This document shows, in pieces, positions 27,701-35,751 of a DNA stretch of 64,000 bases. This DNA comes from an uncultured candidatus Porisulfidus sp. Its GTDB lineage: Bacteria; Pseudomonadota; Gammaproteobacteria; Poriferisulfidales; Poriferisulfidaceae. Numbering within the stretch: position 1 is the stretch's first letter; each line of letters starts with the position of its first letter. A program made the position numbers and the translations under genes. The notes beneath the pieces are model-generated. The model made no database searches. It saw only the letters and a program-made list of their open reading frames with translations, and was not told the DNA's origin. Location of the stretch: NCBI GenBank assembly GCA_965116025.1, contig OZ220480.1, forward strand, positions 448,001 through 512,000. Reading direction: 5' to 3'.

Positions 27701-29272
27701 ATGATCTCATCCGAAGCCCTGCCCGTGCGCCGGGCGCTTCTGAGCGTGTCGGACAAATCCGGCATCGTCGAGCTGGCCCGGACTCTGGCCGAGCGGGGCG
27801 TCGAGCTGATCTCCACCGGCGGCACCGCCGCGGCGCTTCGCGGGTCCGGCATCGCCGTCCGCGAGGTCTCCGAGCTGACCGGCTTCCCGGAAATCATGGG
27901 CGGGCGGATCAAGACTCTCCACCCCAAGGTGCATGGCGCCTTGCTGGCCCGCGGGGAGCGGGATCGCGACGTCTGCGCCGCGCGCGGGATCGAGCCCATC
28001 GACCTGCTGGTGGTCAACCTGTATCCGTTCGCGCGAACGGTCGCTCGCCCGGACTGCGATTTTCAGGAGGCGATCGAGAACATCGACATCGGGGGGCCAG
28101 CCATGCTGCGGGCCGCCGCGAAGAATCACGAGCGTTGCTGCGTCGTGGTCGACCCCGGCGACTACGCGGCGCTCTCCCGATCCATCCGCGCTCAAGAGGG
28201 CGTCAGCGGAAAAACCAGGTTCGAGATGGCCGTCAAGGCGTTCTCGCATGTGGCGACGTACGACGCCGACATCGCGCGCTATCTCTCCGGCCAGCTGGAA
28301 TCGGACGGAGATCTCGGGCCGAGCATGCATTTGGCCTTTCGGCGCGAATCCATCCTCCGATATGGCGAGAACCCGCACCAGCGGGCGGCTCTGTACCGTC
28401 TTGAGGACCCGCCCCCGGGAACCCTGGCCTCCGCCACCCTTCATCAGGGGCGAGAGCTCTCCTACAATAACATCGTCGACGCGGACGCCGCTTGGGAATG
28501 CGTCCAGGAGTTCGACCGTCCCGCATGCGTCATCGTGAAGCATACCAACCCCTGCGGGGTGGCGGAAGCCCGTGACATCGAGGACGCGTACGAGGGCGCG
28601 TACCGGACCGACCCCACCTCGGCGTTCGGCGGCATCATCGCGCTCAACCGCCCGATGACCGCCGCGCTCGCCCAAACCATCATCGACCGGCAGTTCGTGG
28701 AGGTTATGATCGCGCCGGACTTCGACGAGGAAGCACTAAGGGTCCTTTCCAAAAAACCCAAGGCGCGCGCGCTCGCCGCTGGCGTCGCGCGACCCACCGA
28801 CTCCCCCCGCCCAACTCTGCGCGGCGTCAGCGGCGGGTTGCTCGCGCAAACGCCCGATCACGCTCTCCTGAATCGCGACGAGCTGCGCGTGGTGACCGAG
28901 CGGATTCCCGGAGAGAGGGAGTACCGCGACCTTCTGTTCGCATGGAAAGTCGCGAAGTTCGTGAAGTCCAACGCGATCGTTCTCGCGCGCGGCCAGCGCA
29001 CCGTCGGGATTGGCGCGGGGCAGATGAGCCGAATCTATTCGGCCCGCATCGCCGCCATCAAGGCCGCGGACGAAGACCTCTCGCTGGAGGGCGCCGCGAT
29101 GGCGTCAGACGCGTTCTTTCCGTTCCGCGACGGCATCGACGCGGCCCGCGAATTCGGAGTCACAGCGGTCATTCAACCTGGCGGCAGCCTGAAAGACGAG
29201 GAAGTCATCGCGGCGGCCAACGAGCACGACATGGTGATGCTCTTCACCGGGATGCGGCACTTCCGGCATTAA
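27701..29272 (+). CDS. purH: bifunctional AICAR transformylase/IMP cyclohydrolase
   Basis: RRALLSVSDK, KTLHP, IDIGGP, LRYGENPHQ, KHTNPCG, SDAFFPF, RHFRH. Confidence 0.98.
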   Translation: MISSEALPVRRALLSVSDKSGIVELARTLAERGVELISTGGTAAALRGSGIAVREVSELTGFPEIMGGRIKTLHPKVHGALLARGERDRDVCAARGIEPIDLLVVNLYPFARTVARPDCDFQEAIENIDIGGPAMLRAAAKNHERCCVVVDPGDYAALSRSIRAQEGVSGKTRFEMAVKAFSHVATYDADIARYLSGQLESDGDLGPSMHLAFRRESILRYGENPHQRAALYRLEDPPPGTLASATLHQGRELSYNNIVDADAAWECVQEFDRPACVIVKHTNPCGVAEARDIEDAYEGAYRTDPTSAFGGIIALNRPMTAALAQTIIDRQFVEVMIAPDFDEEALRVLSKKPKARALAAGVARPTDSPRPTLRGVSGGLLAQTPDHALLNRDELRVVTERIPGEREYRDLLFAWKVAKFVKSNAIVLARGQRTVGIGAGQMSRIYSARIAAIKAADEDLSLEGAAMASDAFFPFRDGIDAAREFGVTAVIQPGGSLKDEEVIAAANEHDMVMLFTGMRHFRH

Positions 29273-29304
29273 GGGCCGCGCGCGGCCATCTCGCGTTGAG
29301 AGTC

Positions 29305-29820
29305 TCAACGATTGAACGGCAATTTCGCGAGCATCATGGCCATCCCGCAAGAACCGGTAACGCCCGAGAAAACCAGTCCCGCCCCGATAAAGCCGGACAG
29401 CCAGAAGAATCCGGCATCGACCCACGTCCCCAGAATGACACCAAGCAACACCAAGCCGCCCGCCGCGATCTGAACCTGGCGCATGATCTCGATCGGGGCC
29501 TTTGAATCCGAGACCACCGGATACCCGGCTTTCTTCCACGCCATGATGCCTCCTTCGAGCGTATACGTCTCGGGGTAGCCCACGCCCTCCAGCCGGTCCG
29601 CATGCGTTCGCGTCCTGCCACCGCTACGGCAGTGGAAAATACCGATCTTGTCATGCGGCTCGACTTTCAGCCCCGCTTCCAGACCGGCTAGGGGAATCCA
29701 CCGCGCTTCGGGAATTCTCAATTGGTCGCGCTCCCCCGAATCGCGAACATCGATCAACTCGGCGCGACCCTCCCGCAACCAGCGCCTAGCCTCTTCCGGC
29801 TTGATTTCCTGAACGCTCAT
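29305..29820 (-). CDS. rhodanese-domain membrane protein with DUF2892 (YgaP-like)
   Basis: LIDVR, FHCRSGGRT active-site loop, LEGGIMAW, RQVQIAAG, GAGLVFSGVTGSCGM...LPFNR. Confidence 0.9.
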   Translation of the reverse strand: MSVQEIKPEEARRWLREGRAELIDVRDSGERDQLRIPEARWIPLAGLEAGLKVEPHDKIGIFHCRSGGRTRTHADRLEGVGYPETYTLEGGIMAWKKAGYPVVSDSKAPIEIMRQVQIAAGGLVLLGVILGTWVDAGFFWLSGFIGAGLVFSGVTGSCGMAMMLAKLPFNR

Positions 29821-29969
29821 AGATCAAATGTCCTTCCGCCAATCATGGCCCGATTGTACACCGGGAAGTTCAGCGACGACCGTCCGCGCGGTCCCCGCGG
29901 CCGTTCGCGCGCATGCGCCAATCCTTCGCATTCCGTAGAAGCTTGCGGAATTGACGTTCCGGGAACTTT

Positions 29970-30311
29970 TCAAGCGAAAAAGATCACTATCGCGGCCATC
30001 ATGACCGCCGTCAAGGTCATGGCCACGCTCGCGCTCGCCCACAGGTGGAAATAGAGCCTGGTGAAGTGCCGCTGGATATTAACCTCCATCTCCTTCATAT
30101 CCAGCTTAATTTCCATCCTAAACATCTGGATCTCCTGGCGCAGGCATTCCTTCGTGACGAACCCGCGGCGCGCACGGAGCCAATCGTCCTGATCGCGGCG
30201 TTCGCCCGCTTGAGAAAAACGTTGCTTGAGAAAAACGTTGCTCGAGAGAAGCGCTGATCATCATAGCTCACCCATGGCTCCCATCGTATCATCAACAACG
30301 TGCGGACGCAT
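29970..30311 (-). pseudogene. degenerate DUF1640/CCDC90-like coiled-coil membrane protein gene
   Basis: Fragments DDTMGAMGEL* ... FVTKECLRQEIQMFRMEIKLDMKEMEVNIQRHFTRLYFHLWASASVAMTLTAVMMAAIVIFFA* parallel the neighbouring paralog (LVTKGYLRQEI...FTRLYWHLW...FFA); broken by a stop and frameshifts. Confidence 0.8.
30208..30239. repeat. 16-bp tandem duplication GCTTGAGAAAAACGTT x2
   Basis: Two exact adjacent copies inside the pseudogene. Confidence 0.9.
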
Positions 30312-30549
30312 CTTCGACAACCTTTGGAACGGAGACTCTGGGGAGGCGCAGTCATCTCGCCTCACGGAAGCTCCCAGTATTCGAAGCCCTCCGCCTCGTG
30401 AGTTGCTTGGACTGAAAACTTCGGGAGAGCAGATCAGGCGAAAAAAGCCACCATCGCGCCCATCAGGCTCGCCATCACGGTCATGGTCATACCCATGACT
30501 AGCCACAAATGCCAATAAAGCCTGGTGAATCGCCGCTGGAAGTCGCTTT

Positions 30550-30790
30550 CCATCTCCTTCATCTCTCCCCGCAGGACGCCAGCATCCTCTTTCATCTCCA
30601 TCCGCAACCCGCCAAACACCGCTCTCATCTCTCCTCGCAGGCCACCAACATCCTCCTTCATCTCCATCCGCAACCCGCCAAACGCCTCTCTCATCTCCAG
30701 CCGCAACCCGCCAATCTCTTCACCCACCTCCGCTCTCAGGCAAACGAACGCTTTCTCCATATCTGTCCTCAACGCCCCGATCTCTTGGCG
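30550..30790. repeat. imperfect 33-bp coding tandem repeats (11-aa hendecad coiled coil)
   Basis: Recurring ctcatctccatccgcaacccgccaaac units encoding GGLRxEMxExx; boundaries approximate. Confidence 0.8.
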
Positions 30791-30993
30791 CAGATAGCCT
30801 TTTGTGACGAGCTCGCGTTGCGCGTCGCGAATCGTCCCAACCACGGCGCTCGCCTGCTCGGGAGGAAAACCGGCTTTCATCAGTTCGTCCATGGCCCCCA
30901 TGGTGATGGGATGGTTCGCCCCGCTTCCCTGCTTGGCCTTGAGCGGGCACAATGAGAGTACAACCAACCCATCGCGAAAGCGGGACGACCCTT

Positions 30994-32040
30994 ATGAAGC
31001 AGACTCTACATCAACTGGCCATCGCCCATCTGGGCGTGGACCTGGGCAAGCAGGCGTTTCACGCTTGCGGGATGACGCGCGCCGGCAAGATCGTTCTGGA
31101 GAGGCGCTTCACGCGGGCTCAGCTGGAACGCTTCGCGGAGGAGCTGCCGCCATGCCGGGTCGGGCTGGAGGCCTGCGGCGGCGCGCATCACTGGGCGCGG
31201 CTGTTCCGGCGTCATGGGCATGACGCGCGGCTGATGGCGCCGTCCTTCGTGAAGCCGTTCGTGAAGTCGAACAAGAACGACGCGCGCGACGCGGAGGCGA
31301 TCTGCGAGGCGCGGAGCCGTCCGAGCATGCGCTTCGTGCCGGCGCGGACGGAAGCCGAGCAAGCGATCCAGCAATGCCATCGGACGCGGGCGCGGCTGGT
31401 GCGGAGCCGCACCCGGCTGGTCAATCAGTCGCGCGCGTTCCTGCAGGAGTACGGGATCGTCATGCCGAAAGGGATCGGGGTCTTTCGCGCGCGGCTGCCG
31501 GAGATCCTGGAGGACGGCGAGAACGGCTTGCTTCCGGAAGTCCGCGAGGCGCTGGCGGAAGGTTACGAGGAGGTGCGGGAGCTGGACCGGCGGGAGGGGC
31601 GTTGCCGGGCGCGGATCCAGGCGCATGCCGAGGCCGACCCGGGCTGTCGGCGGCTGATGACGATCCCGGGCATAGGCGCGCTGTCGGCCAGCGCCCTGGT
31701 CGCGAAGCTGGGCGACGGCAGCGAGTTCCGCGACGGGCGGGAGGCGGCCGCCTACCTCGGCCTGGTTCCGAAGCGGTATTCCACCGGCGGAAAGCCGAAG
31801 CTCGGAGGGATCAGCAAGCGGGGGGACCGCGCCTTGCGCGGCCTGCTGATCTTGGGCGCGAAAGCGGTATTGCGGGTCTCGGACCAGCGCGAGGACGCGC
31901 TCGGCGCTTGGCTTCGCGGCCTGCGCGAGCGCCACCACGACAACGTGGCGGCGGTCGCGTTGGCGAACAAGAACGTCCGCATCGCCTGGGCGCTGCTCCG
32001 GCGTGGCGGAACCTATCGGGAGGAAGCCTGCATGACGTGA
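30994..32040 (+). CDS. IS110-family DEDD transposase/recombinase
   Basis: GVDLGK, GLEACG, KNDARDAEAI, TIPGIG, GLVP..YSTGGK..LGGISKRG, VALANK. Confidence 0.96.
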   Translation: MKQTLHQLAIAHLGVDLGKQAFHACGMTRAGKIVLERRFTRAQLERFAEELPPCRVGLEACGGAHHWARLFRRHGHDARLMAPSFVKPFVKSNKNDARDAEAICEARSRPSMRFVPARTEAEQAIQQCHRTRARLVRSRTRLVNQSRAFLQEYGIVMPKGIGVFRARLPEILEDGENGLLPEVREALAEGYEEVRELDRREGRCRARIQAHAEADPGCRRLMTIPGIGALSASALVAKLGDGSEFRDGREAAAYLGLVPKRYSTGGKPKLGGISKRGDRALRGLLILGAKAVLRVSDQREDALGAWLRGLRERHHDNVAAVALANKNVRIAWALLRRGGTYREEACMT

Positions 32041-32059
32041 GGCTTCCCTCCGTATCCCG

Positions 32060-32265
32060 GCGGGCTTCGCCCGCCGATCGGTTGCGGGGAAGAAGCGAAA
32101 GGATGGCGGAACAGGTCGGACCGACGCTCCGAGACCCTGGATTTGATACAGGCCTTCGAGGCCGTTCTAGTGATAAGGTCGGAGCGTGCGGAACCCATCG
32201 GGGCCCGGGAGGCGAGGTCCTCCCATCGAGAGGCCGGATATATGTGCGCAGCCGATCGACCGTCG
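32060..32265 (+). ncRNA. putative bridge RNA / seekRNA of the IS1111-type element
   Basis: Closing stem 32075-32086 / 32247-32258; stem ACGCTCCGA / TCGGAGCGT enclosing ATTTGATAC (reverse complement of the target); second loop with CCCATC and ATATATG matching the IS circle junction; RNA ends are inferred. Confidence 0.75.
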
Positions 32266-32475
32266 CCTCGAGCTTCCGACTTGCAGGGAGGGGGCGAACC
32301 ATATATATCAAATGTCGGCGGCGGTGGACCCTCGCTCGCGCCAAGAGCGTGGTCTTCGGGCGGCAGGCTCGGTGGATTCATCATGGACTCCTCATGAAAT
32401 GGAAATACGGATAGGCGCTCACCCCGGGCGAGGCGGGCCGAAGCCCGCGAGTCGCGCGCGGCGCGGGCTCTCTCT

Positions 32476-34047
32476 TCATCGCTTCATGTTTCGCGCCATT
32501 CCCAGAGCGCTGACGCGGCCCGCGTTCCCGATTCCGGTCGGATCCGAGGAGGGGCCCAGCGCGTCCAGGCCCCGCATGGCGGCGTTGCCCGCGGCGTAGA
32601 CCACCCACAGCATCCCGAGAGGCAACAGCATGTGCAGCGCCATCGTGCCGTATCCAAGCGCGATCCGGTCCACCTCCCAGCGTCCGGCGTCGCCGAGTTT
32701 CATGCCCGGGTACATCGCGTCGATCAGCGCGTCGTCAAGGAAGTTCGAGATCCCGAACATCATCGAGAACAGCCGCACCGCCACGATCATGAGCATGATG
32801 CGCAAGGCCGCCGTCAGGCTGTAGAACGTCAGGAACAGGTACGCCCCCAGCAGCATGTACAGCACCATGAGCATCAGGCTTTGCGCCATGGGGGCGATCC
32901 GCCGCATGATGTGCAGCCGGGCGTACAAGCCGAGGGACTCGGCGCCGACGAACGCGGTCGCCCCGATCGCGGTGGACAGCGCGAAGGCGCCAAGGCTTCC
33001 GCTCGCCGCCCAGGCGGCCAGGCCGCTGGCGATCCCGGAGCCCGCGGCGAACGCGGCGAGTCCCGCGAGGATCTCGTTGTCCGGTCCGCCGATGCCGTAG
33101 CGGCGAGGGCCGTTGAGAATGGTGTTGCGCACCATTTGCTCCTCGATGAAGTCCCGGCTGTAAGTCTCCTTCGTGAAATCCGCGATCCAGTCCATGTCCG
33201 GCACGAAGCGCGCGAGGCTTTTCAGCAGGCCCTCGTTCTCCTCATCGCCAAGCCACCAGTCCCGGCACGCCGGTAGCTGGCCGTCCCCCTTCCAGCGCTT
33301 CACCTTCGTTCGGGGCCGGGGAAAGGGATCGAACGAGCAGGCCCCTCGCTCCGAGACCTCGTCGCACAGGGCGTAGTAGCCCGGCTCGCCCAGAAAATAG
33401 CGATTCCCCGGATACTCCGCGTCCTTGCGCGCCACGACCTCTTCCGCGGGCTGGAAAATCTCGTATTTCCGCCACGCGGGCACGAAGCACTGGCTGGCGA
33501 AGTGATCGAATTCCTGGCGGACGCCCGGATCCTTGATGAACGCGTGGCGGGTCCGGAACGCGAGACCGGAGTAGTCCTGAAAGCATGGCAAATGCCGCAG
33601 CACGGCCTGGGTTATGCCGCCGCTGACCGACAGGGCGATGGCCCAGAAGATCGGGATCCTGGGGTGCTCCTCGTGGAATCGGGCCAACTGGGTGGTGTCG
33701 TACGTGGTGTCGGTGTCTCCGTAGGTGTGAGCGACTCCCCCGAGCTGGCAGACCGGAGCGTATTCGATAGAGTTCGGCTCGACCTTGACGTAGGGGACGA
33801 CCATGAAGACGAACACGACCAGCGCGACCGGGAGGTCCACCCGCATCTGGCCGACGGAGCCCCTGCTGTTGGGGAAGACGTTCTCGGAACTGAGCGGAAT
33901 CATGAAGTTGCGGACGATGATCACCAGAAACGGGATCAAGAGCAGATTGAGGTCGTCGGCGAGCTCGAACAGCAGCTCGTACATGCTCCACCCGAACATG
34001 GTCAGGTAGACCTCGATGTAGCTGAACGTCGGGATCGTCGCGTACAT
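32476..34047 (-). CDS. conjugal transfer TraG N-terminal domain protein (VirB6-like)
   Basis: SYIEVYLTMFGW, LLLIPF, GDTDTTY, RIPIFW, IKDPGVRQEFDHFASQCF, CRDWW, PMAQSL; terminal position typical of PFGI-1-type ICEs. Confidence 0.82.
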   Translation of the reverse strand: MYATIPTFSYIEVYLTMFGWSMYELLFELADDLNLLLIPFLVIIVRNFMIPLSSENVFPNSRGSVGQMRVDLPVALVVFVFMVVPYVKVEPNSIEYAPVCQLGGVAHTYGDTDTTYDTTQLARFHEEHPRIPIFWAIALSVSGGITQAVLRHLPCFQDYSGLAFRTRHAFIKDPGVRQEFDHFASQCFVPAWRKYEIFQPAEEVVARKDAEYPGNRYFLGEPGYYALCDEVSERGACSFDPFPRPRTKVKRWKGDGQLPACRDWWLGDEENEGLLKSLARFVPDMDWIADFTKETYSRDFIEEQMVRNTILNGPRRYGIGGPDNEILAGLAAFAAGSGIASGLAAWAASGSLGAFALSTAIGATAFVGAESLGLYARLHIMRRIAPMAQSLMLMVLYMLLGAYLFLTFYSLTAALRIMLMIVAVRLFSMMFGISNFLDDALIDAMYPGMKLGDAGRWEVDRIALGYGTMALHMLLPLGMLWVVYAAGNAAMRGLDALGPSSDPTGIGNAGRVSALGMARNMKR

Positions 34048-34051
34048 GGGA

Positions 34052-34423
34052 TCAGCCCAGATAGCGAAGCGACAGCAGCCCCTCGCACGCCACGCATATC
34101 GCGACCACGGCCCACGCCAGCCGGCGGCGCTCGTCCGTGGACAACGGGGTTCCCCCGCCCTCGACCCGCCGCCGGTCGATCCAGTCGACCAGACGCGGCC
34201 AGCGAAGCGTCAAGTACAGATAGGTCGCGCCGTGCGCGCTGGCGTGAAGCCAGAGGCCGTAGCGATCAAGAAACTCTCTCCACCGCGACAGGGCGGCGGC
34301 CTGGCCATCCAAGAAGCCCGGCGGCGCGCCAGCCAGCCGCCAGGCCAGATACGACAGCCCGACGCCCAGCGCCAGCGCGGCCAGCAACGGCCACAGGACG
34401 CGGTGCGTCCGAAAGCCCCCCAT
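34052..34423 (-). CDS. ICE membrane protein (hypothetical)
   Basis: Three hydrophobic segments; sits between TIGR03755-like and TraG_N genes as in PFGI-1-type ICEs; TGATG overlap. Confidence 0.65.
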   Translation of the reverse strand: MGGFRTHRVLWPLLAALALGVGLSYLAWRLAGAPPGFLDGQAAALSRWREFLDRYGLWLHASAHGATYLYLTLRWPRLVDWIDRRRVEGGGTPLSTDERRRLAWAVVAICVACEGLLSLRYLG

Positions 34424-35751
34424 CAAGGATTCTTCTCCAGAAGCGGGAAGCCGCCGTCGATCAGGCGCGAATCGGTATTTTCGGGAGGACTGATTCGGAT
34501 CGGCCGAAGGATGTCCCCGAGCGTCTCGAACTCGATGAAGGTCCGGATCGTCTCGGAGGCCAAGCGGTGCGAGGCGCGCACCTCGTCGAGCACGAAATCG
34601 ACTTGGCCGTTGACGCGCTCAAGCGCCACGTCCAACGCCTCGCGCGCTGGGGCCAGGGCCGCGACGTTCGGCTCCTGGCGGCCCGCCATCAGGGCGGCGC
34701 GAGCGACGAAGGTCTTCTCCACGACCCGCGCGGTCGCCAGCTCCGACGCTAGGCGCCGAACGCGCCAGCCCGCGTCCGGCCGAGCCTGCAGGCCATCGAT
34801 GATCTCGCGCCGCACCACCAAGTGGCGGCTCGAGACGTCCGTCAAGTCCTTCTCCTCCAAATTCACGGGGTCAGTCTTGACCAGCCGCCGCAGGATCTCC
34901 TCGATCCGCCGCCGCTCGACCTCGATCAGAGGCAACAGTCCGTGTCCGGTGATGGTGGGACTCGGCGCGTCGTCGACCAGGCTGATGGCCTGCTCTCCGG
35001 CGATGTCGACCAGCCAGTTCGCCACGTCCTCCGGGGTCTCGAACAGGGACGCGATCTCGGTCGGGCGATCCGTATCCCGGCACGTGACCGGCGCGCGGTT
35101 CAGCAGGCACCAGCCAGCGCGGGCGCTGTCGTAGACCGGACGGATCAGGCTCTGGCCCACGCCCCCCGCGCGCTGGCCCCCGACCCAGGCCAGTCCGTCC
35201 TCCGGGGCCCGCTCCGCCTCCTCCCGCGCCGCCAGCACGCTGTTCTTCTCATGCGCCTGCCGTCCCCACTCCAGCGATTTCGCCACCTGCGTCCAGGCCC
35301 CCGCCGGGCCGCGGTCGGCGATCCCCTTCTCGATTTCCTGGCAGGAGCCGAGTGCCAGCTTGTACGCCTCGCCCGCGCGAATGGTGTAGTACTGCATGAG
35401 CTGGCAGGCGGCCGGGAACGCCCGGCAGAACAGTCCGCCCGGCAGAGCCAGAAGGATTTGCTTCGGGAGCGACTTCAGGGTCGTCAACTGATCTTCCAGC
35501 CGTTTCAGAATTTCCTGCACCTGGAAGTTGAAGTCGAATTTTCCGCAACTGTAGGTCGCCCCCGCGTGGATATCCGGCAGCAACTGAATTCGCAAGGTCT
35601 CGCCGGGGGTCGTGGGCACCGCGCGCGCGCCTCCGAGCGTGTAGTACAGGCCCAGCTCCTCGCTGCTCGGGAGCTTGATTCGCGCGTCCGAGGCCGCGGG
35701 GATCGCTGACAGAATCGCCACCCACGCGCACATGCGGATCCAGGGGCTCAT
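34423..35751 (-). CDS. integrating conjugative element protein, PFL_4711/TIGR03755-like
   Basis: Signal peptide, LYYTLGGA, SCGKFD, GLAWVGGQRAGGVGQ..I, GWCLLNR, GHGLLPLI, RLASELA, LMAGRQEPNV. Confidence 0.85.
   Translation of the reverse strand: MSPWIRMCAWVAILSAIPAASDARIKLPSSEELGLYYTLGGARAVPTTPGETLRIQLLPDIHAGATYSCGKFDFNFQVQEILKRLEDQLTTLKSLPKQILLALPGGLFCRAFPAACQLMQYYTIRAGEAYKLALGSCQEIEKGIADRGPAGAWTQVAKSLEWGRQAHEKNSVLAAREEAERAPEDGLAWVGGQRAGGVGQSLIRPVYDSARAGWCLLNRAPVTCRDTDRPTEIASLFETPEDVANWLVDIAGEQAISLVDDAPSPTITGHGLLPLIEVERRRIEEILRRLVKTDPVNLEEKDLTDVSSRHLVVRREIIDGLQARPDAGWRVRRLASELATARVVEKTFVARAALMAGRQEPNVAALAPAREALDVALERVNGQVDFVLDEVRASHRLASETIRTFIEFETLGDILRPIRISPPENTDSRLIDGGFPLLEKNP

Larger units (their letters stand above)
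30904..32305 (+). mobile_element. IS110-family, IS1111-type insertion sequence (1402 bp)
   Basis: Sub-terminal inverted repeats ATGGTTCGCCCC (30911-30922) / GGGGCGAACCAT (32291-32302), 7 and 3 nt from the ends; no target duplication; excision restores the host ORF; long non-coding region 3' of the transposase. Ends ambiguous by 1 nt (shared T). Confidence 0.93.
30434..32384 (-). pseudogene. DUF1640/CCDC90-like membrane-anchored coiled-coil gene interrupted by the IS1111-type element
   Basis: Removing 30904..32305 joins 32384..32306 (MMNPP...PPPTFD) in frame to 30903..30434 (TMGAMDELMKAGF..QA...LVTKGYL...C-terminal TM): 549 nt, 182 aa; GAGGAG RBS upstream. Confidence 0.88.

Noticed and set aside
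30550-30790. 33-bp repeats as a possible CRISPR array
   Set aside because: Contiguous, degenerate, in-frame coding repeats with no unique spacers and no cas genes
32385-32475. att site or tRNA at the T4SS cluster border (also checked 45846-45970)
   Set aside because: No direct repeat between the two borders and no tRNA-like sequence; only a short GC hairpin (GCGGGC-CGAA-GCCCGC) without a U tract
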